NCBI GenBank assembly: GCA_004022145.1
Contig: RCNU01000002.1
Reading direction: 5' to 3' (one strand)
DNA: 64,000 bases
Source: Paecilomyces variotii
Taxonomy: Eukaryota
The notes under the pieces were generated by a model. It did not search any database. It was given only the letters and a program-made list of their open reading frames with translations, and was not told where the DNA came from. The number at the start of each line of letters is the position of its first letter. Within the stretch, counting starts at the first letter, position 1. The position numbers were made by a program, and so were the translations under genes. Positions 59,873 to 64,000 of this stretch are shown in pieces.

Positions 59873-62842
59873 TCATCCCTCAACCTGATTATCTGTGGAA
59901 GAACCACCGCGTGGTCCCGGAGAGTCATCTAACAGATCACTGCATTCGTCACGATGATCACGCTGACTAGATCCTGACCCCTGGTCCATTTCTTCTGTCG
60001 AGTAATTAGCATCCTCGGATACTTCTGAGATGAGTTCTTCCTCCACATCATCTTGTTCGTTATCATCATCATCAGAAGATGCAAACTCGGCGTCTACGGC
60101 CGCTAGTTGCAGAATGAACTCTTCTTGGAGCTTGCTAAGCCACTCCTTCAAAGCTACATCTTCCATATTGCCATCCTTGGCTTGCATTAGTTGCTCTTTT
60201 AATCTGAGGATCAAGTTTCGCCTTCTCGCAATAGCTACAGCTTTAGAGCTACCTTGGCGACGCTCCACGATCTCGGTCAGCTTCTCTGATACGTTTGCAG
60301 CTACTTCGAGTACTCTTGGAGGGAGAGCAACGAGTTTGGCCAGAGCGAGTCCGTAGAACTTTTCCTGGACGTGTCCCTCGGCGATTCTATAGAGCATGGT
60401 CATCTTCGATGCTTCGGGTGATAGTTCAACTGCTAAGTGGAGATTCACGACGCCGCTTCGCTCGGACATTATACGGGCCAGGTCACGGAAGTGGGTTGCG
60501 AACCATACCAGAGCGTGGCTTTCAACGAGAGCTTCTGCGATGGCAATTGCGATAGCGAGGCCGTCGGTCGTGCTGGTGCCGCGACCTAATTCGTCAACAA
60601 TGACCATGCTTCTAGGCTCGATGTTGTGAAGAATAAATGACATTTCGCGCATTTCGGCAGTGAACGTTGACATATTAGCTTCGATATCGTCCGTTGTGGA
60701 AACGCGAGCGAAGAGCTGGTGGACGATTGGGAAAGATGCGTATTGGGCGGGAACGAAACAGCCGATTTGTGCCATTATCGTCATCAAAGCGAGGGAGCGT
60801 ATGTATGTGGATTTACCGCTCATGTTGCAGCCGGTGATGATTTGAAATCGAGACTGCTGAGCGGCATAGGCGTCGTTCGGGACGAATTTATTGGACTGGA
60901 TCCTCTCCTTGATCGGGTGTCGACCAGCTTTGATGGCTAGGACGTCTGTTAATTCCGGACGTACGTAGTCTTGAGTTGTGACGAGCTGGGCGAAGGCTGT
61001 CAACATGTCGAGAATGGCAATCGCTTCGCTTACTTTGAATAGTACAGATATCTCGGATCTTATATCCTCGATTAGTTCCTGGATACTCCTGTCGCTCATG
61101 TTGACAACTTCGTTGTGGGAATCCATGATCTTTTGGTTCAGTTTGACAAGATCTAAGGTCTGGCATTCAATGGTGTTCTTTTTGCGAAACACATTGATGA
61201 AGATATCTGGAAGAGGTCCATTCTCCAGTTCTCCGGTAGACATACTGATATAATATTGACGAGCGGGGTCGAACTTCAGGTCCAGGACAAGATTATGAGC
61301 CTCTGTAGAGTGTCAATAATTTGGACGTGAATTAGGAGGAACACACAACCTGCGAGAGCAGATACCAGCTCCACAGCATCCGCATTTGCCTCCTTGTATG
61401 TCTGGCGTGCGACGTCTAGAAGACTATTCACTCCAGCCTGCAAAGTTCGTTATTTCCTGTCTCATCGATGTGGCTGGAACATTCACCTTGATTGCGTATG
61501 TGCGCTGGTTCCTCAGGTCAAGGGGTCTAGTTTGGTAGGTTACATCTTCATTCAACGTTGCGTCTATCAGCTCTTGAATAGCACGATGACGGGTAGGATT
61601 GCAGAGCTGGGATTGTCAGTCGAAGATGAATTATTGATCCCAATTATGCCAGACTAACGTCTCTGATATTCAGTAATAGCTCACTCTGCGCGGTGGCCAA
61701 TGCATCATAAACAGGCTTGATGGATGAGACGTAGGTTTTTAACATAATAACCTTATTAATGCATTGTTCGGCATATTGAAGGGACAGTTTGGTAGGAATC
61801 AAGATGAGCTTGATAGTCAGCGTATTGGGTCATTCTCGAATGTGTGTTCCCGACTAACAGAAGTAATAATCCTATCTGAATCCACAAAGTTCTTGAGAGC
61901 TACGCAGGGAGAAGTCAATAAGCGGAAGCCTCTCTGAAGCATTCACGGACCTTGTCTGATAGAAAAGAACATGTCTTCATTTGTGGTCAGTTCCTCTAAG
62001 GCATCATATCTACCGGTGATCTTGCGTGGCTCCGTTGACGGCTGAAGAATGTTACTACGAAGCAGTCTGGCGCCCATTGGCGTCAGTGTCTCATTAAGAA
62101 GCCCGAACAAGGAGTCTTTGGACTTCGTATTCTGCACGTTCTGGATCAACTCTAGAGAAACAACGGTAGCAAGGTCAATCATCATAGATCCCTGCGAAGG
62201 TTCGAATTTGATGCGAAGAGAATGGAAGGAAAAAGACATGCCGAGTTCCACTTCGACATACTTCAACACCTAGTAGAGATTAGTTAAGCATTGATTTGTG
62301 GACAGCAGCTAACAAACCGCAGCAAGTGAGCACGTTGCGAAATAGTTGCCCTCCAATGTGATTTTAATGGTCTCGAGATCTTCCTGGAAGGCGAGTCGGT
62401 CCACATATTCGTGTCCTGTCCTTTCCGACCAGTATTTGCGATCAATTGTGGTGGTCTTGAGATCTGGAAGGTTCTCCTGGACGATAGAATACAACTTAGA
62501 TTGTATATCTCTGGCTGTACTCATGAACAATATTTCCGTGGGCTCAAACACGTCAATTTTGTTTATTGTCTTGACGTAAGTTTGGCTATCGCATATCTGG
62601 CAGAGCACTGCTTCAGAGGTAGAAAGATTGACAAACGCGAGGCCCACGGTTGATGATATTCCTCTTGATTCACTAATTGCGCATATTATATCCTGGGAAG
62701 CTATACTTGTAGCTGCCGTCATGGGTCTTCCGGTTCTTGGTCGTCCAGTATTTGGTCTGCCCGAGGGGTGTCTCGACGAAGTAGTAGTCGTTGTTCCTTG
62801 GTCATAGGGGTAAGATGTACCCGTCGAAAAGGATGAAGCCAT
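59873..62842 (-). CDS. msh4: MutS homologue 4 (meiotic crossover)
   Basis: ICAISESRGISSTVGLAFVN...QICDSQTY, SLELIQN, TPMGARLLRSNILQP, Walker A GCNMSGKST, STFTAEM, DELGRGTS and FATHF. Confidence 0.93.
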
Positions 62843-63083
62843 CGTCAGTCCCCTAGCTCATTTGATAGTCTCACAATATTATTGAGATCGATATACGATT
62901 ATAGGCATCTCCCAGAAATGAAAACGATGTGGTTGATGTCTCGAGACTGTTGAGGACTGTTGCGGAGATAAACCACAGTTGGACAAAACGGGTTTAGTGC
63001 GATCATGCCCGAAATTTCTCCAAACCGATAAACTTTGCGATATCAGAGCAATTCAATCGCAGAAACAACTTTTTTGCTGCAAA

Positions 63084-64000
63084 ATGGCCACTGTCTTTCC
63101 TCCTCCCAGCAAGCGCCAAAAGCGCGAGGTTGCTGAAAGGGCACAGCAACAACAGGAAATCCAAGCTATCCCGGAAAACCTGGGAAACGTTCGAGTGCAA
63201 TTCTTCGACCAAGCTACCGGAAAACCCACTGGCCCCGCGGTCGCTGTACCTGTCGCCAATGCAAATGTGAAAAATCTTGAGACACTGCTTAATACGCTCC
63301 AGGGTAATGTAGGTATGCCTTCCATTCTCGAGATCGTTAACGAATTTGAGAAAGTACCGAATACCGGATTAGCTGACTCCGTGCCTGTAGGATGAGAATG
63401 AGCGCGTGCCATACAGGTTCACGTATCGATCGGACGAAAAAGACGAGCAGACGGTCGATATCCTCTCAGACCTATACTCTTCCTTGCTGAAGCCTGGTCT
63501 AAAAACTACCGAAGATATCGTTCACCTTCACTATACCCCGCAGGCTGTATTTCGAGTAAAGGCTGTGTCGCGATGTGCTTCCGCAATCTCTGGTCACGGA
63601 GAAGCAATTCTGGCGACACAATTTTCTCCTATCTCTTCGTCGACAATGGTATCTGGAAGCGGAGATTCCACGGCTAGGATATGGGATTGCGACACAGGAA
63701 CTCCAAAGCATACCCTGAAGGGTCACACTAGCTGGGTTCTAGCAGTCAGCTATTCGCCTAATGGCCTCATGATAGCCACTGGGAGCATGGATAATACTGT
63801 GCGATTGTGGGATGCAAAGAACGGACAGTCATTAGGGAACGCTCTTCGTGGCCACACGAAATGGATCACCAGTCTAGCGTGGGAACCCTACCATTCGCAG
63901 GAACCAGGAAGGCCACGACTTGCATCTGCTTCGAAAGATTCGACAGTTCGCATCTGGGATGTAGTGACGAAGAAGATCGATACCCTTCTCACAGGTCACA
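63084..64000 (+). CDS. rsa4: Ribosome assembly protein Rsa4/Notchless (NLE + WD40), truncated by the window end
   Basis: MATVFPPPSKRQKRE, YTPQAVFRVKAVSRC, SGSGDSTARIWD and GHTKWITSLAWEPYH. Confidence 0.95.

Noticed and set aside
1-64000. CRISPR arrays, rRNA, tRNA, intact mobile elements
   Set aside because: None recognisable by eye in this fungal DNA. tRNAscan-SE or Infernal would be needed to exclude small RNAs.

Overview
Eukaryotic, intron-containing DNA from a filamentous ascomycete (Eurotiales-like gene content), with about 27 protein-coding genes. I see no rRNA, tRNA, CRISPR array or intact transposon. The right half (about 32-64 kb) is mostly housekeeping genes: pam17, a FAR-17a/AIG1 protein, a Zn2Cys6 TF, a Par32-like DUF3602 protein, a GH72 glucanosyltransferase, a kinase, a TfdA-like dioxygenase, an HsbA-like protein, eIF3b, a SWIB/DEK protein, hel2, msh4 and rsa4. 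Directly downstream of velB lies a ~23-25 kb block (6.5-31.3 kb) that reads like a lipid-droplet oxidative gene cluster. It holds a formate-oxidase-type GMC oxidase, an Asg1-like Zn2Cys6 TF, a haloalkane-dehalogenase-fold hydrolase, a Reg1-like DUF1752 protein, DGAT2, an FMO, an SDR, three caleosin/peroxygenase paralogues and a His-rich DUF4396 protein. The standout observation comes from manual splicing. The minus-strand caleosin has no stop codon and runs in frame, through a transmembrane linker, into a plant-type L-gulonolactone-oxidase-like FAD oxidase, giving a predicted 823 aa fusion. This could be a peroxygenase carrying its own H2O2 generator. A second caleosin is canonical. A third has an intact reading frame but has lost both heme histidines. 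Family assignments come from recalled motifs, not database searches, and exon boundaries were worked out by hand.
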